Below, piece by piece: positions 8,430-17,435 of a stretch of DNA of 64,000 nt (positions within the stretch are counted from its first letter, which is position 1; the number at the start of each line of letters is the position of its first letter). Below the pieces are notes generated by a model. That model was not told the DNA's origin and did no database searches. It was given only the letters and a program-made list of their open reading frames with translations. Position numbers and translations under genes: made by a program. Source of the stretch: an uncultured Actinomycetes bacterium (GTDB taxonomy: Bacteria; Actinomycetota; Acidimicrobiia; Acidimicrobiales; SZUA-35); assembly GCA_902826025.1 (NCBI GenBank), contig CADEDH010000009.1, forward strand, positions 22,796-86,795, in the 5' to 3' direction.

Positions 8430-9746
8430 ATGGCCTACCCCGATCCACAGTCCCGCTCGGCCCGGCTCTACGAGCGGGCCCAGCGGTCGATCCCCGACGG
8501 CGCCTCCCGCAGTCTGCTGCTGGTGCGGCCCTATCCGATCTACGTCGACCGGGGTGATGGGGCGTGGGTCTACGACGTCGACGGGCGCCGCTACCTCGAC
8601 GTCAACAACAACTTCACCTCGATCATCCTGGGCCACGCCGACCCGGTGGTGAACGAGGCGGTGGCGGGCCAGCTCGGACGGGGTACGGGGTTCGCCCTGG
8701 CCACCGAGGCCGAGATCGAGCTGGCCGAGCTCCTGTGCGACCGGGTGCCGTCGATCGAGCGGATCCGGTTCGCCAACTCGGGCACCGAGGCCGTGATGGG
8801 GGCGATCAAGGCGGCCCGGGCCTTCACCGGCCGGCCCATGATCGTGAAGCTGGAGGGCGCCTACCACGGCACGTACGACCACGTGGAGACCTCGCTCGGC
8901 GCCGGGCCGGAGAACTGGGGTGACGCCGAGGCGCCCACCTCCGTGCCCTACGCCGTGGGGGCGCCGCCCTCGGTGAGCGAGGAGGTGGCGGTGCTGCCGT
9001 TCAACAACCCGGCCGCCGCCCGCTCAATCATCGACCGCTGCGGCGACAAGCTGGCCGCCGTCCTCATCGACACCATGCCCAGCCGGGTGGGCCTGCCCGA
9101 TCCCGACCCCGAGTTCTTCCAGGCCGTGTTCGCCGCTGCCCGGGCCGTGGGGGCGCTGGTGATCGTGGACGAGGTGATCACCTTCCGCCTGGGCCTGGCC
9201 GGCAACCAGGGCCGCCTCGGCCTGGAGCCCGACCTGACGGCCCTGGCCAAGATCATCGGCGGCGGCTACCCGGTGGGCGCCATCGGGGGTCGGGCCGACG
9301 TGATGGAGGTGTTCGCCTCCCGTGACGGCGAGCGGGCGGCGGTGCCGGCCGGCGGCACGTTCTCGGCCAACCCGGTGACGATGGTGGCCGGGCGGGCCTG
9401 CATGGCCCAGCTCACCGAGGCCTCGTTCGCCCGGCTGGAAGCAGTGGGCGACCGGGTACGGATCGGGCTGCGGGGCCTGTTCGCCGCCCTCGGTCTGCCG
9501 TGGCAGGTGACAGGGGCCGGGTCGCTGTTCCGCATCCACCCCCACGACCGGCTGATCGTCTCGTACCGGGATGCCCACCTCCGCCCCGACGAGATGGCGG
9601 TCATGGACCGCCTCCAGAAGCGTCTGCTGGAGCGAGAGGTCTACCTGCCGGGCTACGGGCTGGGCTGCCTCAACCTGGCCACCACCGACAACGACGCCGA
9701 CCATCTGATCCATGCCTTCGGCAGCGCCCTCCCCCTCGTCGCCTGA
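8430..9746 (+). CDS. Class III (PLP-dependent) aminotransferase, glutamate-1-semialdehyde aminomutase-like
   Basis: Last 438 codons of ORF 6789..9746, starting at ATG 8430 (MAYPDPQSRSARLYERAQRSIPDG). Motifs seen are FANSGTEAVMGAIKAARAFTGR, VIVDEVITFR, LAKIIGGGYPVGAIGG and GGTFSANP. Confidence 0.9.
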   Translation: MAYPDPQSRSARLYERAQRSIPDGASRSLLLVRPYPIYVDRGDGAWVYDVDGRRYLDVNNNFTSIILGHADPVVNEAVAGQLGRGTGFALATEAEIELAELLCDRVPSIERIRFANSGTEAVMGAIKAARAFTGRPMIVKLEGAYHGTYDHVETSLGAGPENWGDAEAPTSVPYAVGAPPSVSEEVAVLPFNNPAAARSIIDRCGDKLAAVLIDTMPSRVGLPDPDPEFFQAVFAAARAVGALVIVDEVITFRLGLAGNQGRLGLEPDLTALAKIIGGGYPVGAIGGRADVMEVFASRDGERAAVPAGGTFSANPVTMVAGRACMAQLTEASFARLEAVGDRVRIGLRGLFAALGLPWQVTGAGSLFRIHPHDRLIVSYRDAHLRPDEMAVMDRLQKRLLEREVYLPGYGLGCLNLATTDNDADHLIHAFGSALPLVA

Positions 9747-9787
9747 CAGCTCACACCGACAGAGGCTTCTGTGACCACCTGGACATT

Positions 9788-9808
9788 ATGGTCATAGAGT
9801 CATACCAT
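9788..9808. promoter_or_regulatory. Candidate operator / promoter element upstream of the TetR gene (AT-rich island with the repeat GTCATA-GA-GTCATA flanked by ATGG...CCAT)
   Basis: atggtcatagagtcataccat lies 7 nt upstream of the TetR ATG. It is locally AT-rich in an otherwise GC-rich window. The outer ATGG/CCAT is palindromic and the inner GTCATA is directly repeated. Position and shape are the only evidence. Confidence 0.25.
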
Positions 9809-9814
9809 CGAGGC

Positions 9815-10393
9815 ATGAGCCCTCGAGCCTTCACGGCCGACGAGACCGATCGGATCCGGGGCCGCCTGCACGAAGCGGCCCGTGAGTCGTTCGCCCGCCA
9901 CGGCCTTCGCCGAACCACGGTCGACGACCTGGCTCGGGCCGCCGGCATCTCCAAGGGCGCCTTCTACCGCTTCCACGAGAGCAAAGAGGCCCTGCTCGTC
10001 GCCCTGCTCGACGAGATCGAGGCCGATCTGCACCATCGGGTGGAGGCGGCGGCGCGGGCCGATCCGGCCCAGGGCCTCGGGGTGCTGGTGGACACCGCAC
10101 TCGACGCCGTGCGGGCCAATCCCCTGCTGCCGGTGATGATGACCCCGGAGGGCCTCCTGGCCATCCAGTCCCGGCCGGCGGCCGAGCAGGAGGAGATGCG
10201 GGACCGGGACGTGCGGCTGGTGGCCCGGGTGGCGGCCGCCCTCCGGGCCGGCGGCGTCACCGACCTCCCCTCCGAGCGCGTGCTGCTGGGTCTGCTCCGG
10301 TCGCTGGTGTTCGTCGGCCTCCACCGCGACGAGGTGGGCCCCGATCTGGTGGAGGAGGTGCGGGCGTGGCTGAAGGATGCGCTGGCGAGGTGA
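9815..10393 (+). CDS. TetR/AcrR family transcriptional regulator
   Basis: Starts at ATG 9815. The N-terminal HTH reads RESFARHGLRRTTVDDLARAAGISKGAFYRFHESKEALL. Confidence 0.9.
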   Translation: MSPRAFTADETDRIRGRLHEAARESFARHGLRRTTVDDLARAAGISKGAFYRFHESKEALLVALLDEIEADLHHRVEAAARADPAQGLGVLVDTALDAVRANPLLPVMMTPEGLLAIQSRPAAEQEEMRDRDVRLVARVAAALRAGGVTDLPSERVLLGLLRSLVFVGLHRDEVGPDLVEEVRAWLKDALAR

Positions 10394-11328
10394 ACGCCGG
10401 CGCCCCCGCCATCGAGGTGCGGGGCCTGACCCACCGGTTCGGATCCTCCACCGTCCTCGACGGGATCGACCTGTCGATCGGAACCGGCCTGGTCTACGGC
10501 TTCCTGGGCCGCAACGGCGCCGGCAAGACCACCCTGATCCGGTCGCTGCTGGGTCTGCTCGCCCCGGCAGCGGGCGAGATCCGCCTGCTGGGCACGCCGG
10601 TCAGCGGCGGCCGAACCCCGGCCGACCTGTGGCGCCACGTCGGGTACCTCGTGGAAGGACCCGGCCTCTACCCCACACTCACCGTCCAGGATCATCTGGC
10701 CGTGGCCGCCCGGTACCGGGAATTGTCACCGGCGGCCATCGACCGCATCGTCGACCAACTCGGTCTCGGCCCCTTCAGCCACGTGGCAGCCCGGGCCCTG
10801 TCGTTGGGCAACCGCCAACGCCTGGGCCTGGCCCTCGCCCTCGTCCACCGGCCCCGGCTGGTGGTGCTGGACGAGCCGGTCAACGGGCTCGACCCGGCTG
10901 GCGTGGTGGAGGTCCGCCAGCTCATCCGGGGCCTGGCCGACGAGGGAGTCACCGTGTTCATGTCGTCGCACCTCATCGCCGAGGTGGCCCGACTGGCCGA
11001 CCGGGTGGGTGTGATCCACACCGGGCGCCTGGTCGACGAGCTCGACGCCAGCCAGCTCGGGGGCCCGCGGCGCCTCGTCTCCACCTTCCGCAGCGCCGAC
11101 GCGGCCCGCTGCGCCCTGGCCGCCCTCCGGGCCGAGCACATCGACGCCGCCCTCTCGGGCGCCGATCCGGCCACCACCGTGGAGTCGATCGACCCGGCGG
11201 CTCTCGGTGCCCCCGATCGGGTGGCCCGGATCATCGTGGGCGCCGGGGCGCCGCCGACCTCGCTCACGGTGGAGCACGTCGACCTGGAGGGCCTGTTCCT
11301 CGACCTCACCCGGGAGGTGGCGGCATGA
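10390..11328 (+). CDS. ABC transporter ATP-binding protein (ABC-2 / drug-exporter type)
   Basis: Walker A is GRNGAGKTT, the signature is LSLGNRQR, and Walker B is LVVLDEP. I set the start at GTG 10390, which forms a GTGA overlap with the TetR stop. The track start at 10366 is also possible. Confidence 0.88.
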   Translation: MNAGAPAIEVRGLTHRFGSSTVLDGIDLSIGTGLVYGFLGRNGAGKTTLIRSLLGLLAPAAGEIRLLGTPVSGGRTPADLWRHVGYLVEGPGLYPTLTVQDHLAVAARYRELSPAAIDRIVDQLGLGPFSHVAARALSLGNRQRLGLALALVHRPRLVVLDEPVNGLDPAGVVEVRQLIRGLADEGVTVFMSSHLIAEVARLADRVGVIHTGRLVDELDASQLGGPRRLVSTFRSADAARCALAALRAEHIDAALSGADPATTVESIDPAALGAPDRVARIIVGAGAPPTSLTVEHVDLEGLFLDLTREVAA

Positions 11329-12119
11329 CCCCGCTCGACGCGGTGCGAGCCGCCTGGTTCGCCGAAGTGCTCAAGGTGCGGCGATCGACGGTGCCGGCCA
11401 TGACCGCCCTGGCGGCGGCGTTCCCGGCCGCCATCGCCGCCCTGTTCATGTTGATCGCAGCCGACCCCGACCGGGCCCGCCGCCTCGGGATCCTGGGGGC
11501 GAAGTCGTCGCTGACCGGGGTGACGGCCGACTGGTCCGGGCTGCTGTCGTTCCTGGCCCAGGTGGTGGCCGTGGGCGATCTGCTGCTGGTGGCCTTCATC
11601 GCCACCTGGGTGTTCGGCCGCGAAGCCCAGGACGGCACCCTGCGCTACCTGCTGGCCCTGCCCGTGCCCCGGTGGGCCGTGGTCACGGCAAAGCTGGCGA
11701 TCGTCGCCGTCTGGACCATCGCCCTGCACCTGTGGATCTCCGGGCTGTTCTGCCTGGTCGGCCTGGCCCTCGGCCTGCCCGGGGCCACGGGCACCGTGAT
11801 CGTCGGCGGCCTGGCCACGGCGGCACTGGCGGCCGCCCTGATGCTGGCAGTGACTGCGGGGCCGGTGGCCGCTGCGGCCAGCGCCGGCCGCGGCTATCTC
11901 CCACCACTGGCCGCCGCCCTGGGTGCTCTGCTCGTCAGCCAGGTGGCGGCGGCGCTGGGGTTCGCCGCCGCCGTTCCCTGGTCGATCCCGGCGGTGGCCG
12001 CCGGCCTGGCCCCCGGGGTGGCGCTGGGGCCCGGCGCCGTGCTCCTGGCCGCCGTTACCGCCTGCGCCGGGGTCGCCGCCACCGTTACCTGGTGGCAGAG
12101 CAGCCGGGCCGGGGCCTGA
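11325..12119 (+). CDS. ABC-2 type transporter permease
   Basis: ATG 11325 overlaps the ATPase stop (ATGA). The product is a 264-aa polytopic hydrophobic protein in the frame of ORF 10377..12119. Confidence 0.75.
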   Translation: MTPLDAVRAAWFAEVLKVRRSTVPAMTALAAAFPAAIAALFMLIAADPDRARRLGILGAKSSLTGVTADWSGLLSFLAQVVAVGDLLLVAFIATWVFGREAQDGTLRYLLALPVPRWAVVTAKLAIVAVWTIALHLWISGLFCLVGLALGLPGATGTVIVGGLATAALAAALMLAVTAGPVAAAASAGRGYLPPLAAALGALLVSQVAAALGFAAAVPWSIPAVAAGLAPGVALGPGAVLLAAVTACAGVAATVTWWQSSRAGA

Positions 12120-12160
12120 GGGTCGGGGCGGCCCGCCCCCGAAATGGCGCCGCCGTGGTC

Positions 12161-12187
12161 GACCGCCGGCCAGTTCGGCCGGCGGTC
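12161..12187. terminator. Perfect 11-bp GC hairpin between convergent genes (candidate bidirectional terminator)
   Basis: gaccgccggcc-agttc-ggccggcggtc lies in the 84-nt spacer between the permease stop (12119) and the AAA ATPase stop (12204). There is no U-tract. Confidence 0.5.
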
Positions 12188-12203
12188 GGTCTCCCGCTCG
12201 GGG

Positions 12204-13262
12204 CTACAGGTACACCCCGATCCGGGGCTCGGAGGCCGGACCGAGGGCGCCGGGACCGGGGTTGAACCCCTGGGCCAGCGACACAGGGCCGCCGCCGAAG
12301 GCCCGATCGGGCCAGCGGGTGGCCGCCTCGGCCGGGGTGAAAGCCCGGAACTCGATCTCGGCCAGGCACCGCCCGGGCCGGACCAGGGCCGGATGGAGCC
12401 GGTTGATGGGCTCGTTGGTGGTGATGAGGGTGACTACCCGCCGCCCCTGACCGAGCAGGCCATCGGTCAGGTTGAGGAGCCGGGCCACCGCCTGGCCCAC
12501 CCGTTCCTTGGCGTCGGCCCGGATCAGCTCGTCGGCGTCCTCCACCACGATCACCCGCCACCCGTCGGCCGGCCCGCCGTAGTCGGCCAGCACGTCGAAC
12601 AGGAACGACGACGAGGCGAAGATCTTCTCCGGATCGAGCAGCACCTGGGCTCGACACCGACCGTCCCAGGCCCGGGCCAGCGCCCGGAGCGCAGTGGTCT
12701 TGCCGGTGCCGGGCGGGCCGTGCCACAGGACCAGGCGCCCGGCGGCCTCGTCGAGGTCGGCCGCCAACAGCCGATCCATGGCCGAGGCCACCTCAGCCGG
12801 GTAGTTGGCGGCGATGTCGTCCCAGCGGGGTGCGTCGAGGCGGTTGCTGCGCCGGTACACGTCGCCGCTGACCTGCCAGAAGTCGATCTCCACCCGACCG
12901 TCGGAGTCGGCCGGGGCCGGGGCCGGGATCCGTTCCGAGAAGCGACCGATCGCGGCCTGGGCTGCGGCCAGATCGGCCGACCGGACCGTCACCGTGCCGG
13001 TGCGGTGGGCCTGGCGCGCCACCAGGGCCGTCCAGCCGTCGCCTTCCATCAGACGGCAGTACCAACCCCGACCGGCCAGGTCGACCCGGGTGACCCCCAG
13101 GTCGTCGAAGACCGAGCGCTTGCACTTGGGCGGCAGCTCCATCTGGCGGACGAAGCCCTCCTCCCCCGACAGCACCGGCGCGACGAACTCGGCCCACAGC
13201 ACGCTGTCGAGTTGCGGCACGGCCGCCAGCGTGGTCGCGAAGGTCTGGGTGGAGATGGACAT
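12204..13262 (-). CDS. AAA+ ATPase with an uncharacterised ~175-aa N-terminal domain
   Basis: ORF of 352 aa. Walker A is GPPGTGKTT, Walker B is VIVVEDADEL, sensor-1 is ITTNEP, and RPGRC is an Arg-finger-like block. I recognised no motif in the N-terminal half. Confidence 0.85.
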   Translation of the reverse strand: MSISTQTFATTLAAVPQLDSVLWAEFVAPVLSGEEGFVRQMELPPKCKRSVFDDLGVTRVDLAGRGWYCRLMEGDGWTALVARQAHRTGTVTVRSADLAAAQAAIGRFSERIPAPAPADSDGRVEIDFWQVSGDVYRRSNRLDAPRWDDIAANYPAEVASAMDRLLAADLDEAAGRLVLWHGPPGTGKTTALRALARAWDGRCRAQVLLDPEKIFASSSFLFDVLADYGGPADGWRVIVVEDADELIRADAKERVGQAVARLLNLTDGLLGQGRRVVTLITTNEPINRLHPALVRPGRCLAEIEFRAFTPAEAATRWPDRAFGGGPVSLAQGFNPGPGALGPASEPRIGVYL

Positions 13263-13341
13263 GGCCGGGCCAGTGAACAGCGGCCAGCCGTATCGGGCAA
13301 GCGATATTCGGACCCGGGCCCTGCCCCGGGGCCGGCGGTGA

Positions 13342-14574
13342 TCAGGCCGGAGCGGGAGCGCCGGTGACGAGCTGGCGGATCGTGAGCTTGGCCAGCTGCG
13401 ACATGTGGACCTCGTCGGGCCCGTCGGCGATCCGCATGATCCGGGCCAGCTTCCACATGGACGCCATGGGAGTGTCCTGGCTGACGCCCATGGCCCCGAA
13501 CACCTGGATGGCCCGCTGGGCCACGTTGTCGGCCAGGGCCGGACCGATGATCTTCACCATCGAGATGTAGTCCCGGGCGCCCTTGGCCCCGGCCCGGTCC
13601 ATCTCGGCCGCCGCCTTGAGCACCAGCAGGCGGGCCTGCTCGATCTCGCACCGGGAGCGGGCGATGTCCTGGCGGACGCTCGACTGGTCGCTCAGCTTCT
13701 GACCGAACGCCACCCGCGCCTCGGCCCGGGCACACATCAGCTCCAGGCAGCGCTGGGCCATACCCACGTTGGTCATGGCGTACTGGAAGCGACCGGGCCC
13801 GAGGCGGCCCTGGGCGATCTCGAAGCCCCGGCCTTCGCCCAGGATCATGTTGTCGATCGGCACCCGCACGTCGTGGAAGGCCAGCTCGCCGTGGCCGCCG
13901 GGCGAGTCGAAGTCGCCGAAGGCCTGCATCGGCCGCACGATCTCCAGCCCCGGTGTGTCCTTGGGGACGAGGATGGTGGAGTGACGCTGGTGGCGGAGCC
14001 CATCGGGGCTCGACACCCCCATCACCAGCAACACCTCACACAGTGGGTGGAAGATGTTGCTGGCGTACCATTTGCGGCCGTTGAGCACGTAGTGGTCGCC
14101 GTCGCGTTGGATGGTGAGCGTGATGTTCGTGGCGTCCGACGACGCCACCTGGGGCTCGGTCATGGCGTAGCACGAGCGGATCCGGCCCTCCAGCAGGGGC
14201 CGGAGCCACCGGTCCTGCTGCTCGGCGGTGCCGTAGCGGGCCAGCACCTCCATGTTCCCCCGGTCCGGGGCCGAGCAGTTGAAGATCTCGAACGACCACG
14301 GCAGCCGCCCCATCTCCTCGGCCAGCGGGGCGAACTCCAGGTTGTGGAAGCCGCCGCTGAACTCGCCGTACTCCGGAGGCAGGAACCAGTTCCACAGGCC
14401 CTCGGCCCGGGCCAGGGCCTTCAGCTCCTCGATCATGGGCGGCTGCTGCCACAGGTGGGCCGGGTCGTTGACGAAGTCGTCGTGCTCGGCCTCCCGGGGA
14501 TAGACGTGGGCGTCCATGAACGCCCGCAGCCGATCCCGGGCCTCGATCACCTTCGGGCTGTGCTCGAAGTCCAT
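13342..14574 (-). CDS. Acyl-CoA dehydrogenase
   Basis: ORF of 410 aa. CYAMTEPQVASSDATN, GRKWYASN, IAQGRLGPGR and IADGPDEVH are canonical ACAD blocks. Confidence 0.92.
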   Translation of the reverse strand: MDFEHSPKVIEARDRLRAFMDAHVYPREAEHDDFVNDPAHLWQQPPMIEELKALARAEGLWNWFLPPEYGEFSGGFHNLEFAPLAEEMGRLPWSFEIFNCSAPDRGNMEVLARYGTAEQQDRWLRPLLEGRIRSCYAMTEPQVASSDATNITLTIQRDGDHYVLNGRKWYASNIFHPLCEVLLVMGVSSPDGLRHQRHSTILVPKDTPGLEIVRPMQAFGDFDSPGGHGELAFHDVRVPIDNMILGEGRGFEIAQGRLGPGRFQYAMTNVGMAQRCLELMCARAEARVAFGQKLSDQSSVRQDIARSRCEIEQARLLVLKAAAEMDRAGAKGARDYISMVKIIGPALADNVAQRAIQVFGAMGVSQDTPMASMWKLARIMRIADGPDEVHMSQLAKLTIRQLVTGAPAPA

Positions 14575-14628
14575 CGGAGTGAATCCCCCTTGTGCTTGCT
14601 GTCGGTCTCGTGAGTCGTCGGGAGCAGG

Positions 14629-15069
14629 TCAGGCGCTGCCGGCCCGGGGCCACCACGACATGTCCTCGGCCCGGCGGGCCTCGTCGTAGCGCACGTCGAA
14701 CGGGCCCGACAGGGTGACGAGCCACAGCGCCCCGGTCTCGGTGAACATCGGCCCGTGGAAATGGCCGGGCGGGAAGGCGAAGTAGGTCGGGCCCTCGTGG
14801 TGCTCCTCGCCGTACCAGCAGTCGCCCTCCAGCAAGATGTCCTCCTGGAACACCGAGTGGGCCTCGGCTGCCGCCGTGTGCCAGCCCGGCGGCTCCTTGA
14901 TCAGCATGGTGCGGGCGCCGGTCTCGGGATCGTCGGACAGAACCCGGACGATGCCGTGGCCGGTGAACCGGAGGGCGGCGTTCTCCTCGGTGCCGGCGCC
15001 CCACAGCTGGGCCGTCGAGCGCCACGGCATGGCCGAGAACGGGATGCCGTCGACGGGCGGGCGGGCCAC
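14629..15069 (-). CDS. Cupin domain protein
   Basis: ORF of 146 aa with a GTG start at 15069. HTAAAEAHSVFQEDILLEGDCWYGEE...FAFPPGHFHGP fits a cupin beta-barrel with His ligands. The start is uncertain. Confidence 0.6.
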   Translation of the reverse strand: MARPPVDGIPFSAMPWRSTAQLWGAGTEENAALRFTGHGIVRVLSDDPETGARTMLIKEPPGWHTAAAEAHSVFQEDILLEGDCWYGEEHHEGPTYFAFPPGHFHGPMFTETGALWLVTLSGPFDVRYDEARRAEDMSWWPRAGSA

Positions 15070-15081
15070 GGGCGGCGTCCC

Positions 15082-15912
15082 TCAGCCCCGGGTGAGGGTC
15101 TGGTCGTCGTTCATGGCGTCGAGCTGCTTCTGGATGGCCTTGGCCCACCGGGGGTGGGTGAGAACCCAGAACTTGCCCGAGCCGATGGCCTCCAGGACGA
15201 GGCGACCCACCTCGTCGGGGTCCATCCCCTGCTCCAGCGAGGCTTGGATGCTGGAGGCGACCTGGCCCGCCTTCTCCCCGTCGGCCTTGGGCTTGGCCCG
15301 CGTCGGCCGGTAGGCCACCGAGTGGCGGCTGATGTTGGTGTTGATCGGGCCGGGGCAGAGAACCGAGGTCGTGATCGGGCTCTTGCGGCTCCGCAGGTCC
15401 CGCTCCAGCGACGCCATCAGCGCCACCACCCCGTGCTTGGCCACGTTGTAGGCCCCCATCATCCCGCTGGCGATGAGCCCGGCCATCGACGACGTGGAGT
15501 TGATGTGGCCCTCCCCCGCCTCCTCGATCAGGGGCAGGAACGTCTTCACTCCGTAGATCGGACCCCACAGGTCGACGTCGATGATCCACTTCCAGTCGTC
15601 GAGCTTGATGTTGACGCTGGAGGTGGGGATACCGATGCCGGCGTTGTTGCACAGCACGTTGACCTTGCCGAACCGGTCCATGGCCAGGCCGGCCAACGCC
15701 TCCACCTGCTCCAGCTGGGACACGTCGCACGTGGTGGTGGCGACCTCGACCCCCCGGCCGGTCAGCTCCTGCTCCACGGCCCCCATGGCCTCGGTGTCGA
15801 GGTCGGCGATGACGACCTTCATCCCGGCCCCGGCGAAGGCCCGCACCATGCCCAGGCCGATGCCGCTGGCACCGCCGGTGACCACCGCTACCCGTCCTTC
15901 GAAGTTCTCCAT
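15082..15912 (-). CDS. SDR family oxidoreductase
   Basis: VAVVTGGASGIGLG matches TGxxxGxG, NNAG is present, and YNVAKHGV matches YxxxK. Confidence 0.92.
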   Translation of the reverse strand: MENFEGRVAVVTGGASGIGLGMVRAFAGAGMKVVIADLDTEAMGAVEQELTGRGVEVATTTCDVSQLEQVEALAGLAMDRFGKVNVLCNNAGIGIPTSSVNIKLDDWKWIIDVDLWGPIYGVKTFLPLIEEAGEGHINSTSSMAGLIASGMMGAYNVAKHGVVALMASLERDLRSRKSPITTSVLCPGPINTNISRHSVAYRPTRAKPKADGEKAGQVASSIQASLEQGMDPDEVGRLVLEAIGSGKFWVLTHPRWAKAIQKQLDAMNDDQTLTRG

Positions 15913-15944
15913 GCCCCTGTGTTAGCCGAGGTCCGGCCCGATGA

Positions 15945-16048
15945 CGAACTGCGTCACGAAAACCGCGCCACCCCGACGAACTGCGCCACCTTTTCAACGG
16001 AACTCGTGGAAAACGTCGCGCAGTTCGGGGGCGGGACGCGGTTTCCGC
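15945..16048. repeat. Second cluster of the CGAACTGCG REP-like units, arranged as at 4221-4334
   Basis: Direct units are cgaactgcgtcacgaaaacc (15945-15964) and cgaactgcgccacctttt (15977-15994). The second faces the inverted unit aaaacgtcgcgcagttcg (16010-16027), matching at 16 of 18 positions. The 13-mer cgtcgcgcagttc is identical to 4321-4333. The cluster fills the spacer between the LLM stop (16049) and the SDR start (15912). Confidence 0.7.
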
Positions 16049-16801
16049 TCAGCCGGTGCGACCGGGGGTGTGGACGAGGATCAGGCGGTCGATCCCGGCC
16101 GCCGCCACGGCCCGGTGCACGGGCTGTTCGGCATCGCTGATGCCGGGCTCGTTCACGATCCAGGCCGTACGCAGGAACGGGCGCCCACCGGCCTCGGCGT
16201 CGGCCGCCGCCAGCAGCTCGGCCCGGCGGGGATGGGCCCACGGGACGTTGATGCCGTCGGCCAGGCGGCCGGCGATCCGGGCCAGGGCGACGCTGTTGAC
16301 CCCCACCAGGAGCGCGGGGGCGGGATCGGGCCACGGATAGGTGGCCAGCTCGGTCGGCCGATCCGGGGCCCACATGCATCGGGCCAACTCGAGCGTGCGG
16401 ATCACCCGATCGTGGCGGTCGGCCAGGTCGGCGGCCGGCGTGACGCCGGCGTCGAGCAACTCGGCCGCCCACCGGCTGGTGGGCGAGGCGCCGGCGCCGA
16501 GCCCCAGGAACAGGGGCCGGCCGGCGATGCGCTGGGCCGAGGCCGCTGCCGCCACCACCGCCGCCGGCTCCCGCAGGCTCATGTTCACCACCATCGTGCC
16601 CAGGGCGATGGTGGACGTGGCAGCGGCCAGGGCGCCCAGCGTGGTGAAGCACTCCAGCATCCCCGTGCCCCGCAACGAGCGGCCGGCGAGGTGGTCGAAC
16701 ACCCAGGCGGCACCGAAGCCGCCGGCCTCCGCCGCCAGCACCTCGTCGCGCAGCTCGGGCCATTCGAGCGACGCCGGGTTGATCTGGATGTCAACGATCA
16801 T
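16049..16801 (-). CDS. LLM-class (luciferase-like) flavin/F420-dependent oxidoreductase
   Basis: ORF of 250 aa. GFGAAWVFDHL, LGTMVVNMSLREP and LFLGLGAG follow the typical LLM pattern. Confidence 0.8.
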   Translation of the reverse strand: MIVDIQINPASLEWPELRDEVLAAEAGGFGAAWVFDHLAGRSLRGTGMLECFTTLGALAAATSTIALGTMVVNMSLREPAAVVAAAASAQRIAGRPLFLGLGAGASPTSRWAAELLDAGVTPAADLADRHDRVIRTLELARCMWAPDRPTELATYPWPDPAPALLVGVNSVALARIAGRLADGINVPWAHPRRAELLAAADAEAGGRPFLRTAWIVNEPGISDAEQPVHRAVAAAGIDRLILVHTPGRTG

Positions 16802-17060
16802 GGCCCGCCGACCCTACCCCCTGGGGTCAGCCCAGTACCCGATCCCCCGGGCCGCCGGCCCACCTCGGCGCCCATGCACCGGGACGCGGTCCTCCACGCA
16901 CCAGGTGCCCTCCCCACCACCCGTGACACACCGGACACCCGGTGCACGGCCAGCCCCGGTTCTGGTGCCGAGGGCACCGCCGGTGGTGCCCTGGGCGCCG
17001 AGACCGAATCCGGCCGGGGGTGCACTGGACAGGCAGGCTGGCTAGCTAGACTCTCTGACT

Positions 17061-17435
17061 ATGAACGCCGACGCCGGCCGACCGACTCCGCCCGCCCCTC
17101 CCGCCGACCTCTCCCGGGAATGGATCCGGGGGGTGCTGGAGCCTTGCCTGTTGGCCCTGGTGGCCACCGGCGACAGCTACGGCTACGAGCTGGCTTCCCG
17201 GCTGGCGGCCGCCGGGCTGGGACCGGTGCCGGGCGGCTCGCTCTATCCCGCCCTGACCCGGCTGGAGAAGCAGGGGCTGGTCAGCTCCCGCTGGCGGGCC
17301 GGCGACGGCGGCCCCGGCCGCCGGTACTACCGCCTGACGGCCGCCGGGCAGCGTCAGCTGGCCACCGACATCGAGCGCTGGGACAGCTTCGCCGCCACCG
17401 TGGCCGGCCTGCTGCGCCAGGGGGCGACGGCATGA
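17061..17435 (+). CDS. PadR family transcriptional regulator
   Basis: LLALVATGDSYGYELASRL...GSLYPALTRLEKQGLVSSRW...GRRYYRLTAAG is the canonical PadR winged helix. Confidence 0.92.
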   Translation: MNADAGRPTPPAPPADLSREWIRGVLEPCLLALVATGDSYGYELASRLAAAGLGPVPGGSLYPALTRLEKQGLVSSRWRAGDGGPGRRYYRLTAAGQRQLATDIERWDSFAATVAGLLRQGATA

